Made by a program: the position numbers and the translations under genes
In this document: piece by piece, positions 12,075 through 25,084 of the stretch
Numbering within the stretch: position 1 is the first letter of the stretch
Layout: every line of letters starts with the position of its first letter
Notes under the pieces: model-generated
Told to the model about the DNA's origin: nothing
Database searches by the model: none
What the model saw: only the letters and a program-made list of their open reading frames with translations
From: Octopus vulgaris
Taxonomy: Eukaryota
Length of the DNA: 64,000 nt
Direction of reading: 5' to 3'
NCBI GenBank assembly: GCA_951406725.2
Contig: OX597817.1
Coordinates: forward strand, 3,286,001-3,350,000

Positions 12075-13877
12075 TTGGACATTATGTGGTATTGAGTGTT
12101 TAGAATATTGGTGCATTCGCAGATGGCATCTCCGTAGATATCGCTTGCCACAGTGGTTACAAGCAAACTTCAACAGTTGCTCACGGTACTTATGCTTCAT
12201 GAGCACATGCTTGTCTCGCAGAAATTCCAAGTAGAAGCCACGATTACAGTATGGGCAAAAATGTCGTACACTTGGATGTTCCTGTCGCGCATGATCAGAA
12301 AGAGACTTGAGTGATTTCCCTTCATAGCTGCAATCAGTTTCTACACATCGCAAATTTTGCAGGACACTACATGAAATCTCATTTTCCTTTAAGGAGTGGA
12401 CTCGTAGCAAATGTACCACTAGGGTTCTGTTGGAAGCAATGTACTTGAGGCAAATTGGACAGCGGAACTCTCGTTTCTTATAACCTTTCAGATAAAGTGG
12501 CTTCGGTTTTCGACCACGTTTCTTAAGCTCTTTCTTCTTTTTGGTCTTCCAGGATGGTATTGAAATCTTGCTTTTTACTAATTTGCCATCCTTGAAAAAG
12601 AACTTTGAAAGTGGCACATGACAACCTTTCCAGTGATTCATTTTACAATGGAGACGAAGGGTACTATAATGCTTAAATATTCTTTGGCACCTCAAACATG
12701 TATACTGTTTTTTTAAATTTGGCAGATTATAAACTGCTATCATTCTGTAAAAACTTCTCAAGTAGCTATAATGAGAACGTATCCATTTGCTAAATGTCAA
12801 ATGTGAAAACGATGATTTATTGTGTTTAAGAAGTAAATGTTTCTTCATGGTGCTTAGTGTTCGGAAAGGTTTATCACAAATCTCACAATGAGCTTTGATA
12901 GATTTTGGAAGATAAATACGAGGTCGGATCCTAAATAAAGATTTTTTCTTGGGTTTCTTCCTTGATGCAACTAATGGTTTAGGCAATATTTTCTTAGGTA
13001 TGACTGGCTTTGAGTTATTTAGTCTTTTCTTTATCAACGTGGATTTAGGACTTCGCTTTTTACGTTTCTTACCTCGCCTTGAATTCCAAACTGGAGGAAA
13101 TTCATCATCATCAGAATCACTAAAATATAAAATAGGATGAATTGTTTTACGATTATGACGAGTTTCATATCGAGCATTTTTTGTTTCACCAGTAGGATCT
13201 GTAGCAGACATTGAAATGTTTACTGGCATCACATTAGACTCAGGCTGTTTTGTTTGGCTTTTACAGTCGTCTCGTGAGGTAATCTTTTGGAGAATTACTG
13301 TCAGTTTTTTGTTATGGTCTGTATTAACAGCATAACTATCAAACTGCTTTGGAACTTCTTGATTAGATGAAAAATTATCAGGTTTTTGAGTTGGTTTTTC
13401 ATTTTCAAGCAAAGATTCAATTGTATGTTTGTGAGGCTTTCTGTACTTTGGTATTTCCTTGGGTGAGTCCTTTGATTGGATAAGTTGTGTTATAGAATTC
13501 CTTGGATACTCACTAGAAGGAGAACTCCTTCTTGTAATATCACAGCCATTTTCATTCCAAGGTTTTAATGTATCCAATTCTGATTTCACATATCCAAGTG
13601 AATCACTGTTTGGAATCCCACCAGGGTTTGGAGCAGACTGCACTTTTGGTAATGATGACATGGAAGATTGCAAGTTTCCATTTTTCTCTCTTCTTTCATC
13701 AATGGATGATGAATAGGAATTTGAGTCATTAAGAGAAAGGTTAAGAGGAGCAACATCCTCTTCATCATCAAACACTTGCTTTGGTCTAGGCTGATAACGA
13801 CGAGACATCTGTTTCCTCTTTTGAGCACCGGTACATTTCTCAATCATATGCAGCCTTAACATATCTGTTCCTTCCAT
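12075..13877 (-). CDS. Large coding exon (601 aa) of a C2H2 zinc-finger protein; CDS continues in an unidentified downstream exon
   Basis: Long ORF with ATG at 13877 in good context (ACA-ATG-G). Six C-x2-4-C...H-x4-H fingers, e.g. CEICDKPFRTLSTMKKHLLLKH, CPYCNRGFYLEFLRDKHVLMKH, CNHCGKRYLRRCHLRMHQYSKH. Phase-0 donor CAA|GTAAGT at 12075/12074; the ORF track's extension to 11943 runs into intronic (TG)n. Confidence 0.9.
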
Positions 13878-13938
13878 TGTACTTTATAGTCCTCGGACAT
13901 GAAGATATACGAACATAACCTCCAGATGAAATTTGCTC
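13878..13938 (-). other. 5' portion of the same exon (apparent 5' UTR) with splice acceptor
   Basis: Polypyrimidine tract TTTATTTATTTTTTTGCAG|G at 13939/13938; in-frame TAA at 13886-13884, two codons before the ATG. Confidence 0.7.
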
Positions 13939-14051
13939 CTGCAAAAAAATAAATAAATATGTTATATTGAAATAAATAGTTTAATAAATAAAGATTAATT
14001 AATAAATAACAAACATTATTTTTAAAAAGCAACTGAAACTAAATAAATATT

Positions 14052-14455
14052 TTATTTCTTATTTCTTTATTGCCCACAAGGGGCTAAACATAAAGGAGAC
14101 AAACAAGGACAGACAAGGAGATTAAGTCGATTACATCGACCCCAGTGCGTGACTGGTACTTAATTTATCGACCCCAAAAGGATGAAAGGCAAAGTCGACC
14201 TTGGCGGAATTTGAACTCAGAACGTAGCGGCAGACGAAATACCGCTAAGCATTACGCCTGGCGTGCTAACGTTTCTGCCAGCTCGCCACCTTCAAATATA
14301 TGTCTTTATTGCCCACAGGGGGCTAAACATAGAGGGGACAAACAAGGACAGACAAAGGGATTAAGTCTATTACATCGACCCCAGTGCATAACTGGTACTT
14401 ATTTAATTGACCCCGAAAGGATGAAAGGCAAAGTTGACCTTGGCAGAATTTGAAC
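14052..14455 (-). mobile_element. SINE family E, full copy plus partial copy
   Basis: 14052-14292 is complete with head AGGTGGCGAGCTGGCAGAAACGTTAG; 14305-14455 repeats the 3' part. Confidence 0.85.
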
Positions 14456-14573
14456 TAAGATAAATATTTTACTTCTGTTTGGTACAAAGCTATTGCTTTG
14501 TATATGAGAGAAAATACAGCAAATGCAGGCTGTTAAGGGAGTATTTATTATTTTGATATCAATAATACTGTTA

Positions 14574-14767
14574 AGGGAGTGAGATGGCAGAACCATTAGT
14601 ATGCTGGGCAAAATGTCTTTATGTTCTGAGTTCAAATTCTGCAAAAGTCAACTTTACATTTCATCCTTTTAGGGTCGATAAAATAAGTACCAGTTGAACA
14701 CTGGGATTGATGTAATAAAATTATTCTCCCCTCTGAAATTGATGGTCTGTGCCAAAATTTGAAACCA
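14574..14767 (+). mobile_element. SINE family E variant with target-site duplication
   Basis: Flanked by the direct repeat ATATCAATAATACTGTTA. Confidence 0.75.
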
Positions 14768-17700
14768 ATATCAATAATACTGTTATCTCAAATTAGAAAT
14801 GGTACACAAAAGTGTCCTGCTCATATGTAATAAAATATAATAAACTCCTTGAAAAATACTATGAAACTGTAGGAATTTATTTCTTATAAAAATGCAAAAT
14901 GCATCTTTTTAAAAGTGAATTATATATACACCTTATATAAGACAATGGCACTGAAGAAGAGTATTTTTGTATCACTTCATATATAATGTATGTGCTTCCA
15001 TATAACTTTGAAGGGAGCATAAACAACTTAAGAAACTCTGGATTAATTTTTCTGTAATAAAATTAAATTTCTTGTTTTGTTATGTGATTTTAAAATTGAA
15101 ATTAACGAGAAGGTATATCACAATCTATCTTTGTACAGAGTAAGCTTAATATTTCAGACCTTTATGTGTTACAGTGCCCTTTCAGCAAAGCATTATCTCA
15201 CAATTGTCTTCACAGAAGTGAAAGAAGTCACATTTTATCATCATCACATTTTATATCATCAGTAAAAGGAAATAATCACAAGAATTTAGAAAGAAAGAAA
15301 TATTGATAATTTTCAAATACATGTATTTTGATATGTAATAATTACAATGCTGAAACCCCTTTCTGAAAATAATTCTTTCATTTTTTTTTTCTTTCTAACT
15401 TTATTATCAAATTTTCACAGCTACATCCATTTTTATTTTGATAACTCTAGAACACACTCTCAGTTTTGTAATAACAAGAAAAGCATATTAATTTTATGGA
15501 AAATCAGGAATTAATATTTGATGAATGCATGTAGTAGTTAGCAGTAGGGGATCCACAAAATGATATTAATAATGAATGGCCCTAGCTGCTCATGCAATGT
15601 AGTAGTTAGATTTTTAGACATGATAGGTAGTTTAATTTGCTAATCGAGGATACGTAATAAATGATGTTGGCTGTTTTGAGGGCTATTATCTCTGATGGCA
15701 ACGGAAGTAACTATAAGGGAGTTACACTACTTTAATAGCAGTGTATGAATACTGAACACAGATCTGCTAAGACTAGAGAAAAATGAGCGAAGGACATATA
15801 ATGCTAACTTGCATGTGAGAAAGCAGAATATAAGAGAGTAGTGAGTAGTAGTAGTAGTAGTAAAGGTATTAGAAGACATATATAGGAAAGAAAATTGCAA
15901 TTGTAGGTGTGTAATGTAAACAGATGATGAGTGTTGGATAAAAGGTACCCTGGGCAGTGAGGGAAATGCAGCTTAAGAACATGCAGCAGTAGGAAACATA
16001 GACAGAAGTAGTGATATCAAATCTCAGCATGTTAGGGTTCTTGAAACAGATAATGAAAGATACAGTACAAGCAGTGATTTGCTATACTACAGATAGATTC
16101 AACATAGAAACAAGAAAAAAAAAAGGCAATAGAACAGTGATAAGGATTAATCATCTACTTTCTGTGTTATTATATGCAGTGTTATAGTTGCTATCTTATC
16201 AGCCTTATTAGAGACTTGTATTATTTCAATGCATCTTATTAAGGGATACAACAGTCACAAATAAAAGGACTTATCTGTCTGCCTTATGGTCCCAGTGGAC
16301 AAAATGGAAACAATGTTGCCCTGGAGGATGGTGAGAGAAACACGCTGAAAAAGCTACTCCAACTCACGGGGTTCACACAAATAGCCATCTCTGTTCTGAT
16401 ATTAGTGAGCAGGGCTGTAGTATGAGGGTGGGAGGGAGAATGTTAGAGATGTCCACTGCCACAGGCTCAATGACAAGTCTGCCAGAGAGTGGGTGGTACC
16501 TTGACATTTTTACCCTCCTTGGCTTAATACATAGCAAAGCCTGGGCTGGCAACCAAACACAACAGGTCGCCTCTGGAGAAGATGTTGCAATATGTGGCAG
16601 CCCAGATGAGGGGCCTACCACCTCTGAATGTGAAAACTGTCATGCCATCCAGCTTTTTACTGTCCAACCCTATTGGCAAAAGCTGGGAAGGGAAGCATGT
16701 GGCATTTCGGACTTTGTGTTTTTCTATAATCCTTTTATACACTTTGATTACTTTTGTCATTTTTTCAAACATCATCACCGTTCATTTTGATTCCTTCACT
16801 TTGGTCTTTTACATTTGCAGCTTTTGAAATCTATATTCAAAAACAGATATTAACATTTCAATGGATATATAATGAAGTTATCTGAACAGCTTTATGACAA
16901 TTTCTAATTAATATGATTTAGAAAAAAAAATGTTTAACTGCATGTCAGTAATGAAGACTCTATAATTATAAACTGTATCAAATTATGTGCAAGTCAAAAT
17001 GGCAGAAAATAATTAACCAAAAAGATATTGATAATTTCTTGAAAATTTATAATCTAAAATCATTTTAAAATTAGTCTGTGCTCTCTCCAGGAGATTGTGT
17101 TTCAACTCTAGATTATTTAAGAGTTCTTCCAATCAATTTGTCTTTTTAAAAATGTGACCTCTGGTTGCTCATTTCTTTCTTTACATTTTTCAACCATTTT
17201 CCTCTCATAACTTAATAATTAGTGACCTAAGAAGACAATTTTTCTACACCAATTATTAGAAAAATCTAACAAATAGTTTTACTAAAACTTATTTAATAGC
17301 TTACCCTCTTATTCAATCCAAATGTGCTTAGCTAAAATGTGATTAAGCACCTTTCAATTGGGGCGTGAGTACATGTATAATCTTTCATAGATATTCTGCT
17401 ACACAAATAAGACAACTTGTAATAATTCCTAATCAGATATAGAATTTATTTGACTGATCTCTCATGAGCTCTCTTTAATCTTCGATTTGCTGACAAGTTA
17501 TGTTTTTGTCTGCTAAACTAGGAACTGCAACGGACATTGTACTTCTGCGCTTGCTAGTTCTATTTATGCTTAGTCAAAATATCCTGTTTCTTACAGATAA
17601 CATCTGTAACATCTATCATGAAATCTTGTTAGTAATTAACCCTTCTTTTTCAGCAATACTTTGGTTTAAAAAATATCCATCTCAATCATAGCTCTCTACC

Positions 17701-18243
17701 TCTCTTCAATAGTTTTTCAAATGTCATTCATTTAAAGCATAAACAACCATATACACCACATCACATTCTGTTTCAGACATTACACATTGAAAATAGTTTC
17801 TAATGTATGATGCTTTTGAGTTATTTAAACAGAATTATTGGATAATATGAATATATATAAAAGTATGACTGTATATAAAAAATTAGGAAAATAGTCAAGA
17901 CTCATGATATTGTGCTCATTTCAGTTTGATCAACTGTGTGTTCACTGATATACTGTGCTGGTAATCAGACCATAATCACCCTGTATATCATTTGTTAAAC
18001 TAAATTGCCTTCAGATATCTCATAGATTACCAGCATTTATGTGCACATTTGAGCAGCTTACAGCCAGAATAGCCATGTGTTGCTTTGACATTATGTTGAA
18101 CACTCAAGAAAAATGATGCTGCAATTTTGTCCATAGTTCCAGGTTCAGTTCCACTGTGGCACCTTGGAGAAATGTCTTTCCCCAGACTCAGGCCAACCAA
18201 AGCCTTGTGAGTGGATTTGGTAGACAGAAACTGAAAGAAGCCC

Positions 18244-18277
<34 letters not shown>

Positions 18278-18278
<1 letters not shown>

Positions 18279-18470
18279 TTTCGCCATGATAGACCACTAG
18301 CCACTACACATTCTTTATTTTCTCTCCTTGTTTCTTTCTGTGCTCCTTTCTGTGGAAGAGCATAGGCTCGAAACTTTAAAGGCCTTTTCACTTCCCGAGT
18401 GTAAAACTAATACATCTGTTTGTTGTCTACATCACCTGTCTTCGTCTTTTGTTTTTTTGTGAATTCTCCC
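18278..18470 (+). mobile_element. Solo PLE terminal repeat (pLTR) in (TA)n
   Basis: Homologous to the 3' end (55870-56066) of the GIY-YIG element; contains a hammerhead-like motif. Confidence 0.75.
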
Positions 18471-18484
18471 TATATATATATAAA

Positions 18485-18785
18485 CGATAAACGTCGCCCT
18501 TTTCAAGCCAAGCCAGGCTCATGGGCCCGGTTTCTCAGTTTCTGTGGCGTATGTGTTCCCCCCCAGCTGGACGGGATGCCAGTCCATCACAGCGTTACTC
18601 AAGAAACAGGAAGAGAGAGTGAGAGAAAGTTGGGGCAAAAGAGTACAATAGGGGTCCCTGCCACCCCCTACTGGAGCCTCATAGTGTTTTCGCTCAATAA
18701 TTACACACAACGCCCGGTCTGGGAATCAAAGCCGTGATCCTCCGACCGTGAGTCCGCTGCTCTAACCACTAGGCCATTGCACCTC

Positions 18786-18788
<3 letters not shown>
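18485..18788 (-). mobile_element. Chimeric SINE (family F head/body + family C tail)
   Basis: Head and body match 60602-60790; 3' part matches the 25639-25898 tail from GTAACGCTGYGATGGAYTGG onward. Confidence 0.75.
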
Positions 18789-18820
<32 letters not shown>

Positions 18821-19239
18821 TATATATACATGTATGTGTGTGTACCGCCTGACAACTGGTGTTGGTTTATTTACATCCCCATAACTTTGGCAAAAGAGAC
18901 CGACCGAATAAGTACCAGGCTTAAAACAAGAAGTACTGGGGTTGATTCATTCAACTAAAAACTCTTCAAGGCAGTGCCCCAGCATGGTCACAGTCTAATG
19001 ACTGAAACATATAACAGATAAAAGATAACGAGGAAATAATCTCCATCCATATCTATATGCCAAGGAGACTATAGGTGCACAGCAAAATGTATTTAAATAG
19101 GTAGATAACCTGGTGGTATTGTTGTTTGTTGTTTAGCAAGAGAACGGAAGTATTTAAAAGCAATGACAATGATGAATATTTATGAAAGGTTCAAAGAGGT
19201 TTAAAAGGAGAATATAAATTACAAATACACTCTTAACAT

Positions 19240-19445
19240 CTTTACTCTTTTACTTGTTTCAGTCATTTGACTGCGGCCATGCTGGAGCACCACCTTTAGT
19301 CGAGCAAACCGACCCCGGGACTTATTCTTTGTAAGCCCAGTACTCATTCTATCGGTCTCTTTTGCCGAACCGCTAAGTGACGGGGATGTAAACACACCAA
19401 CATCGGTTGTCAAGCAATGCTAGGGGGACAAACACAGACACACAA

Positions 19446-19494
<49 letters not shown>

Positions 19495-19660
19495 TACGAC
19501 AGGCTTCTTTCAGTTTCCGTCTACCAAATCCACTCACAAGGCATTGGTCGGCCCGGGGCTATAGCAGAAGACACTTGCCCAAGATGCCACGCAGTGGGAC
19601 TGAACCTGGAACCATGTGGTTGGTTAGCAAGCTACTTACCACACAGCCACTCCTGCGCCT
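19240..19660 (-). mobile_element. SINE family A, full length, CpG-rich (young)
   Basis: Complete head-to-tail match to other family A copies. Confidence 0.9.
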
Positions 19661-19934
19661 TGTTGAAATTTATTTAGTCAGACACTCACTACTGCAGTGT
19701 CTGGGTAGAAAATACCTTAAAAACGAGTTTGTTTATTGAAAGGCACATAATTTACTTGCTAGTCTTGTGCAAATTGGCATTACTGCAGAAAAGACTCTGT
19801 TTTCTTTTAATGTGCTAAAAATAATATTATGAACAGGTAATTATTAATTTATTACGTAATAACTAAAAACTAGATACGCTCAAAAGAGACAATGAAAAAA
19901 TATTAGTAACAATTTAAATGTAATTTGTAACAGT

Positions 19935-20305
19935 AGGCGTAGGAGTGGCTGTGTGGTAAGTAGCTTGCTTACCAACCACATGGTTCTGGGTTCAGCCCCA
20001 AGTGTCTTCTAATATAGCTTTGTGAGTGGATTTGGTAGACAGAAACTGAAAGAAGCCCATCGTATATATGTATATATGCATGTGTGTGTATATGTTTGTG
20101 CATGTCTGTGTTTGTCCCCCTAACATCACTTGACAACCGATGCTGGTGTGTTACATCCCTGTAACTTAGCAGTTCAGCAAAAGAGACTGATAGAATAAGT
20201 ACTAGGCTTACAAAGAATAAGTTGTGGGGTCGATTTGCTCGACTAAAGGTGGTGCTCCAGCATGGCCATGGTCAAATGATTGAAACAAGTAAAAGAGTAA
20301 AAGAG
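19935..20305 (+). mobile_element. SINE family A with internal deletions
   Basis: AGGCGTAGGAGTGGCTGTGTGG head through the AAGTAAAAGAGTAAAAGAG tail. Confidence 0.9.
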
Positions 20306-20525
20306 AAGTCATGGACATACAAACATCATAAACAAAAAAATTTCCTTTTTCATTATAAAATTTATAGGTAAGTTGAGTTACTCCGTTCAGAAACAACAGA
20401 TATGCACAAGAGTTTTAATAAAAAGATTAAAAAACTCAGGAAATGAATTGGCAAAATTCAGTCATTCTTGCATTGATTTTAATAATCAGCATTACAGAAT
20501 GTAAAATTATAAAGTAAAAGATTAA

Positions 20526-20732
20526 CCCTTTTGTTACTGTATTTATTTTGAGATGCTCTGTGTTTCTTTTGATTTTAACTATAAGAAAGAATTTAGTAAA
20601 ATAACTTAGTTATCATTAGGAACATAAATTGCGAGTAAAGTTTATTGGAAGATTTTAATTAAAAACTTATGAAAACAAAACATTTTTACTACAGAACCAA
20701 AGGTGGTTTCAGCCAGGTTGGTATTGAAAGGG
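20526..20732. mobile_element. piggyBac-type MITE
   Basis: TTAA|CCCTTTTGTTAC ... GTATTGAAAGGG|TTAA: TTAA duplication and CCC/GGG terminal inverted repeats. Confidence 0.75.
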
Positions 20733-22964
20733 TTAAAGTTGTCTCCCTTAGACTATGGAATTAACTTCCTTAACTATGAATAAGGATTTTGATTCAGACA
20801 GTTTCAGGCAGTAGAGAAAAGACTGATCCACCTGCTGGGTGGATTCATGTCACACAGAAATTAAGAGTTAACGATGAAATATATCAAGCTGGAAGAGTTA
20901 CGAGAAACTGAGTTATATTTAGCTTTACTAAAATCATATACCAAGATGTTATATAAAGAGTATTTCATAGGGTTTACTTGTTGTTTGACCCTGATGTTAG
21001 CCCTGATTCAGTAGACCTATAATTAGCCCTTCAGCTGTGGTTATCCTGTTTTTCCAGGCATATTATTCACCATATCTTTTGTTTTAAAGATGATAGCATT
21101 TGATTCAAAATAAATTTGATTCCTGGTTCTAGCAAACACAGAGAGCTTCTCTCTCTCTCTCACCAAAGAAAAAGAGAAGAGATTTGGGGGGAAAGAAAGG
21201 TAGAGATGGGGAAGGAGACCGTAAAACTAACAAACGTTTTATTACTTTGCTGTGCTGAGCTCAAACTTTTGCATTAAGTTTGAAGAAACCTAATCTATGC
21301 ATATCTTACCAAGACTTAATCTAAGCATATCTTACTCAAGACACTTTTTGTTTGTACAAATTCAAGTGCTTTAAATCAGCCTTAACTAGTCAGAAAATCA
21401 ACAGACAAGCTTTTGGCCATTCTTATTTATCAGTTTTTATTTATCATTTATTTATCAGTTGGCGTTAGAAAGGGCATCCAGCTGTAGAAACTCTGCCAGA
21501 TCAGATTGGAGCCTGGTGCAGCCATCTGGTTCACCACACCTCAGTTAAATCATCCAACTCATGCTAGCATGGAAAGCATATGTTAAAAGATGATGATGAT
21601 GATTATTATGTTTATTGGTACACTGCATGGAGTTTGATCCTTCTTCTATACATCCATGTCCCATTTTAAGCATCACATCGAATTTATGAAAAACAATAAG
21701 GTACAAACAGTTAACAGAGTAACATCTTGAGCATTTGGCTTAATTTTCTCTCTGTTGTCACATACTGTTCTCACTAGAGACATCACAAGCGTGAATGTTT
21801 TGAAAATATGGCTGATTTTTTTTCCAACATAAGTCCTTTTAAAACATCAATTTTAATAACCTGTGTTTTGTTTATAGTTTATTTTTTCAAACTACTTCCT
21901 TCTGATCCACTTGATGGCTTTTGTCCAGACATCATGAATTGTAGGTAAATTCAATTGCAGCTGTGATCAGCAATTGTCCACTGTAAATATCTAGTGAAAA
22001 AATAGCCCCAGGAAAGAATTGCTTCATAAGAAATGTGATGAAAGAGTAAAAGGGTGAGGGAGAAAAATACTGTATAATTAGTTAGTAGATGGGATACCCG
22101 GTTCATGTGCACTTCGCCCCTTGTACTTCTGACTTGAGTCATAAATACATGCACACACACGCACACACACACGCTATTATGCTGACATACAACATATGTA
22201 GTTACAGACATTACTATCAAGCTAATTCTATTACTATTGTTACTAGTTGATCATTCAGAAGTTGGTAAGTTATTAAGAGCAGTGTTGTTGATCGTATGGG
22301 TTTTGTTGTTGGTCATAGTAGGTAGCAGTGTTGTTATTGGTTATGGTCATATTATTCTTGTTAATGGTATTGTTGTTCTTGTTTAGTTACAAGTCAAACC
22401 TCACTGACCTAAGATTAAAGGTATTTCATCTAACTCTTAAAATACACTAAGACAGCACATTATTTCATTATTGACTTTTTTTGAGTTCTTAGTATGTTCA
22501 TACTATTGTTGTTGTCTCTAAGTAGTTGTTGGTTAGTAATGACAGTAATTGTTTAGCTTTTGGTGATGATTGCTGTGTTCATGTTGATGATAATCAGAAA
22601 AATGAGTTGGTCAGATAGATAAATACTTACTAATATTCAAAAAATATACACAAACACACACAAATATTTCTAGTGAAATACGTGCACATACTCATATTCC
22701 ATAAGTGCTTATAGTGACACATACACAAACAGTTAGTCACTCACACTCACACATATATTATGATTACACTTTTTCTAATTGTTAACTACAATGATCTTAG
22801 AAGAAATACTGAGAAACAACCTTTAGGCTAAGAAAAAATTGTAAATTCTTAAATTCTATCCAAGTTTCCACAGGGGTAAAACACTGACCATATCCCAAAA
22901 TGAAATAGTATAATCTGGGGTGACAGTAACATGAGTGACACCTGTATGATATACATATATATAT

Positions 22965-23254
22965 TCGAGCATGGCCAGTGCCAGTGCTCCCTGATTGGCA
23001 CTTGTGCTGGTGGCAAGTAAAAAGCACCATTTGAGTGTGACCAATACCAGTGCTGCCTGACTGGCTCCAGCACCGGTAGCATGTAAAAAGCACCCACTAT
23101 ACTCTCAGAGTGGCTAGGGTAAGGAAGGGCATCCAGCTGCAGAAAGCTTGCTAAATCAGATTGGAGTCTGGTGCAGCATTCCAGCTTGCTAGTCCTCAGT
23201 CAAACTGCCCAACCCACACCAGCATGGGGAGCAGATGTTAAACGACAACGACAA

Positions 23255-23256
<2 letters not shown>
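22965..23256 (+). mobile_element. SINE family B
   Basis: Same core and tail, followed by (TA)n; a shorter copy lies at 21460-21603. Confidence 0.8.
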
Positions 23257-23328
<72 letters not shown>

Positions 23329-25084
23329 GTAAATATAATATGTGAGAATTATTCAGTAGCCATGATAAAACTCTTAGTTTCGGATGTTGGGGCGGAAACC
23401 CATGCTGTCATCTCTTCAGTTATCCGGCCATTGAAAAAATGCTATGAAAATGACCATTAAACAAAGGGAAATTACTGTGTGATTGACCGTTATGAAGACA
23501 ATATATATATATACATACACACACATATATATATCTATGCTGGTTTGCCATCACAATTTAAGAAATTTTTTTGTAAAAATGAGGAGAAATACTGACATCA
23601 AAAAGTTGTCAAATCATAGCTCTGAATTAGACTAAAACTAACGTTAATTCATTTTTTTATCAACTTGATAAAATAAAATTAAAATAAAACTAACAATATA
23701 TGAATGTCCATGCTGGATGAGGTACTATATTCAATGAGTGAGAGAAGTGAAAGAGTTTCTAACTAAAATTTGGAAGCATGTTGTGAATTTCATTCTTTAA
23801 AAACCTGCAAAAACTAAGTAAACTTAATGACAATAGCATATATATTTTGTATTTAGTTTTCTGCACACTGATTAATATTTCTCAGAAATAAGAAAATTTA
23901 GTTAAATTTCTAAAAAGAATGATACAGTAAATGTGAAAGTATAGTTTTAAAGACCTCTTATTAACTACAACTGTGCTACAAGGGTGACCTTGGTTAACAA
24001 CAAGTTATCACTTATATACTTTGTATTCTCTAAAAAATACCTTAATTTCACAATTAAAGAAATCATTTCAATAATTTAAGAAAAAGAAGTGTCAAGTAAA
24101 TCCAAGCCTGAGGATTGAAATTGATACAAGGAAACTGTATGGAAGCCTATTGGATGAACTGCAACAATAATTTAAAAGGATAATATTATCACAACTGTTA
24201 TGCTGATTATGTCTGAGTGTTAAGTATCACTGGAATACTCAACCACTTACATTAAAATTCTGTGAATAGACAATTCTGTTGATCAAACAACTGGAATATT
24301 TATCATTAAGGATGTATTTACTTTATTTTTACTATTGCTTTAATTTTTCTCATTTTGATTATAGCAGTTGATACATATAGTTAAAATCATTAACAGTGAT
24401 GTCATTATATATATATATATATATATTGTATATATACACAATATATTTCATTAAAAAATCTACAATTTAAGTTAAAAGTCGGAATTTTCTGAGAAAAGCA
24501 ATAAGAATGAGGGTAGATACATATTTTTTGATATTGAAAGGGTTTCGCTACTTTTTAAACAAAGACATGAAAAATATAATTATTTCAAGAATAAATATCA
24601 TAAATATTCATGTTTTTAAAAAAATTCCTAAAGAATAACTTATCAAGTGATAACAAGCTTCATTTGTTTGCAAGGAATTAATAGTTAAAGTGTTCTGAGA
24701 ACATATGTCTCAAGAGAAACAAGTACATCTATAATTGACATACTACAAATATATATTATAGTTGATAAGATGCCAATAAGGATGAAGAAAGCATATATTT
24801 TTCTCAGCTAATTCTTTCATTTACAAAAGAGCTACGCATACAATCATAGACGGATATTTATTGCAGTCAGGTTACTATAATACAAATAAATTCAGATAAA
24901 AAAAAAATGGTCAAAATGATCATTCTAAAATCTTTACAAGCACTGAAATACACACACACATAAGTGAAAGAAATTCTTTAAATGGGAGTGCAACTGCTGT
25001 GTAATATCGAGAAAAGTAAAAGTATTTATAGTAAAGCAAAGAGACTGCAGCTGGGTGTTGAGTTAAAATATGGAGGTTGTTTAT

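Larger units (their letters stand above)
18130..19027 (+). mobile_element. Family A SINE split by nested insertions
   Basis: Head at 18130-18246 and tail at 18840-19027 enclose a PLE terminal repeat and another SINE. Confidence 0.75.

Noticed and set aside
16640-16830. Exon-like segment after a TTTTTGAATATAG acceptor (minus strand)
   Set aside because: Stops in all three frames and no clear donor.
17050-17800. Coding-like composition on the minus strand
   Set aside because: Many stops and no motif I can identify; possibly an ancient transposon.
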